Shown here: in pieces, positions 62,327 to 64,000 of the stretch | Layout: the number at the start of each line of letters is the position of its first letter | Numbering within the stretch: position 1 is the first letter of the stretch | NCBI GenBank assembly: GCA_963711495.1 | Contig: CAVQEK010000007.1 | Location: forward strand, 94,970 to 158,969 | DNA from: an uncultured Cytophagales bacterium | GTDB lineage: Bacteria > Bacteroidota > Bacteroidia > Cytophagales > Cyclobacteriaceae | Reading direction: 5' to 3' | Length of the DNA stretch: 64,000 nucleotides | Program-made: the position numbers and the translations under genes | The notes under the pieces: generated by a model | Databases searched by the model: none | Told to the model about the DNA's origin: nothing | What the model saw: the letters and a program-made list of their open reading frames with translations, nothing else

Positions 62327-64000
62327 TTAGAATGTTAGCTTGATGTTGAACCCAACTGTACGTGTTGAAGGTACACCTAAGGCTTCAATGCCTGAAGCAC
62401 CCCCTGATGTATTCGGAGCCGACTCTGGTGACAGGCCAAGATATCCCATTTTGTTTTGAAGATATGCCAAATTGCGACCAATTGCAGTTAATGTCAACCC
62501 GGTAAATGGAGTTTTCTTTAACAATGAAGGTTGAAAGTTATAACTAAACATAACCTCTCTCAAAGAGATATAACTACCGTCTTCAACAAATTCTTCTCCG
62601 ATACCATTCCATGCTCTGTTGGCCCAATAGGTCTGACCGGGTACAGCTTTGGTATTCTTTTCATATCCGGTTACATTTCCGGAAGCATCTTTTATTTCAA
62701 CAACACCGTCCAAAATACCAGTATATGGTCTTGGATCGCCAACAGCAGACCCTGCAGGAATATCAGTATCCCCCTCCAAATACCTGGCTTTAGGCCTTCT
62801 TCCCTCTACGGTCCATGCACCTGTTCCTTTCCTCGTCATTTCATATTTGGAGGCCGAAACAACATCACCACCCTGAACAAAGTCGAGGAGCACATTTAAT
62901 GAAAATCCTTTATACGTGAATGTGTTGTTTAAACCGCCAATCCAATCGGGTGTGATGTTGCCAAGGACTGACACTTCGCTTTCACGAACATAGCTACCGT
63001 TCCCATCAACTATTCTTTGCCCATCAGGAGCTTTTCGATAAGCATAACCAACAATATTTCCGTAAGGGGCGCCTACCTGAGCCACAATATTACTAAGACC
63101 AGGTTCTCCTTCAGAACTACTGATGATTTGGTATGTTTGGATGTTACCATCAAGAACGACCACTTTTGAATGGTTCGCTGCGTAGTTGAAATTAATGTCC
63201 CAACGGAAATTATTTAATTGCACCGGGGTTATTCCTAATGTTGCTTCTATACCGCTATTTTCAATTTCACCTGCATTGATAACCTCTTCATTATAACCCG
63301 AAGCAGTAGAAACTGGCAACCTTAATATTTGATTACTGGTTGTTCCATCGTAATAGGTAAGGTCTAAGTTTATCCGGTTTTTCAGAAACCTCAGGTCAGC
63401 ACCAAATTCAATGGATTCAGTCAGCTCGTTTTTCAAATCCAATAATGGAATCGTTCCACTTTTCGTTGCATAGGGTAATCCATCAAATCCGGTGGCATAA
63501 AGTGAATAACCCTGGCGTGTTAAATATGGGTCAGAGTCATTACCTACCTGTGCCCAGGAAGCACGCACTTTACCAAAACTCAAAATATTATCACCCATAG
63601 CAAAAGCGTCGGTAAATACAAAACTTGTACTTACGGATGGATAAAAGAATGATTGATTATTGACACCAAGAGCTGAAGACCAGTCGTTACGGCCCGTAAC
63701 ATCTAAAAATAAGTAGTTCTTGTAAGCTACCTGACCGGTAAAAAATACCGATTGCATCTCTTTTTGATATAGGCCAGAACTTGGACGGATATCATTAAAA
63801 TTTGAAACATCATATACATCTTTCGACTTAAATCCTATGGCATCCCACGCCATGTAGTCACTTCTATACTGACGAATACTTGCGCCCAGTACCCCGTTTA
63901 AGCTAATATTTTCAGAAACTTCCTTGTCAGCTGTAAGCAATACATCGGCATTCAAATCGCGTGTCCGGTCCAATGTTTGTGTAAATTCTCCCAATCTGGA
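62327..64000 (-). CDS. SusC/RagA-type TonB-dependent transporter, C-terminal beta-barrel portion (gene continues beyond the window)
   Basis: The reading frame is open to the window edge. It shows alternating beta-strand barrel sequence, ends in ...GFNIKLTF, and is paired with the downstream SusD. Confidence 0.85.
   Translation of the reverse strand, partial: SRLGEFTQTLDRTRDLNADVLLTADKEVSENISLNGVLGASIRQYRSDYMAWDAIGFKSKDVYDVSNFNDIRPSSGLYQKEMQSVFFTGQVAYKNYLFLDVTGRNDWSSALGVNNQSFFYPSVSTSFVFTDAFAMGDNILSFGKVRASWAQVGNDSDPYLTRQGYSLYATGFDGLPYATKSGTIPLLDLKNELTESIEFGADLRFLKNRINLDLTYYDGTTSNQILRLPVSTASGYNEEVINAGEIENSGIEATLGITPVQLNNFRWDINFNYAANHSKVVVLDGNIQTYQIISSSEGEPGLSNIVAQVGAPYGNIVGYAYRKAPDGQRIVDGNGSYVRESEVSVLGNITPDWIGGLNNTFTYKGFSLNVLLDFVQGGDVVSASKYEMTRKGTGAWTVEGRRPKARYLEGDTDIPAGSAVGDPRPYTGILDGVVEIKDASGNVTGYEKNTKAVPGQTYWANRAWNGIGEEFVEDGSYISLREVMFSYNFQPSLLKKTPFTGLTLTAIGRNLAYLQNKMGYLGLSPESAPNTSGGASGIEALGVPSTRTVGFNIKLTF

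Noticed and set aside
1-64000. Looked for rRNA, tRNA, CRISPR arrays, tandem repeats and defence-system-like genes.
   Set aside because: I saw no direct-repeat/spacer periodicity, no tRNA-like T-arm strings (GGTTCGAATCC type), no rRNA-like segments, and no nuclease, ATPase or methylase gene sets. This was a visual scan, so small ncRNAs could have been missed.

Overview
This 64-kb window looks like a Bacteroidota-type genome: it has SusC/SusD pairs, many lipoprotein or Sec signal peptides, and dense secreted CAZyme-like genes. Nearly all of it serves glycan capture and sugar catabolism. All calls come from reading the ORF translations and DNA by eye; no searches were run.

Layout, left to right:
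1. A DeoR regulator. A decayed IS4/IS1380-type transposase relic separates it from a ribose-scavenging-like module made of a GRP-type permease, a secreted ADP-ribosylglycohydrolase-family protein and ribokinase.
2. PUL-1 on the minus strand (6.2-20.7 kb): SusC, SusD, sulfatase, an FGE-like fusion protein lacking the catalytic cysteines, DUF4838-like, GH127-like, sulfatase, and an orphan sulfatase tail. It is divergent from a LacI regulator, with LacI-type palindromes in the shared promoter region.
3. A PfkB kinase and an MsrQ-like gene relic.
4. A 10.7-kb minus-strand operon without SusC/D (23.7-34.4 kb). It encodes secreted, poorly assignable proteins: two CE1-like esterases with long C-terminal extensions, two Ogl/PL22-like beta-propeller proteins and one unassignable 641-aa protein.
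5. A PmoA-like DUF6807 protein, a frameshifted agaS-like isomerase, and an operon of amidohydrolase_2, DHDPS-like, SDR and an NRAMP-fold transporter that has lost the canonical metal-site residues.
6. A plus-strand block: Tat-exported Gfo/Idh/MocA oxidoreductase, GH20-like, a serine-hydrolase/beta-propeller fusion and a LacC/FruK-like kinase.
7. An apparently intact IS481-family element with terminal inverted repeats and a 5-bp target duplication.
8. PUL-2 (51.1-64.0 kb, minus strand): SusC (partial), SusD, beta-helix protein, GH27 alpha-galactosidase, a 663-aa paralogue of the unassignable 641-aa protein, a transglutaminase-like membrane protein, a small secreted protein and a second beta-helix paralogue.

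The best candidate for something undescribed is the set of three paralogous protein pairs shared between block 4 and PUL-2, together with the non-metal NRAMP operon. Together they suggest an uncharacterised degradation and catabolic route for a uronate- or ester-containing glycan, possibly sulfated. No rRNA, tRNA or CRISPR array was seen.
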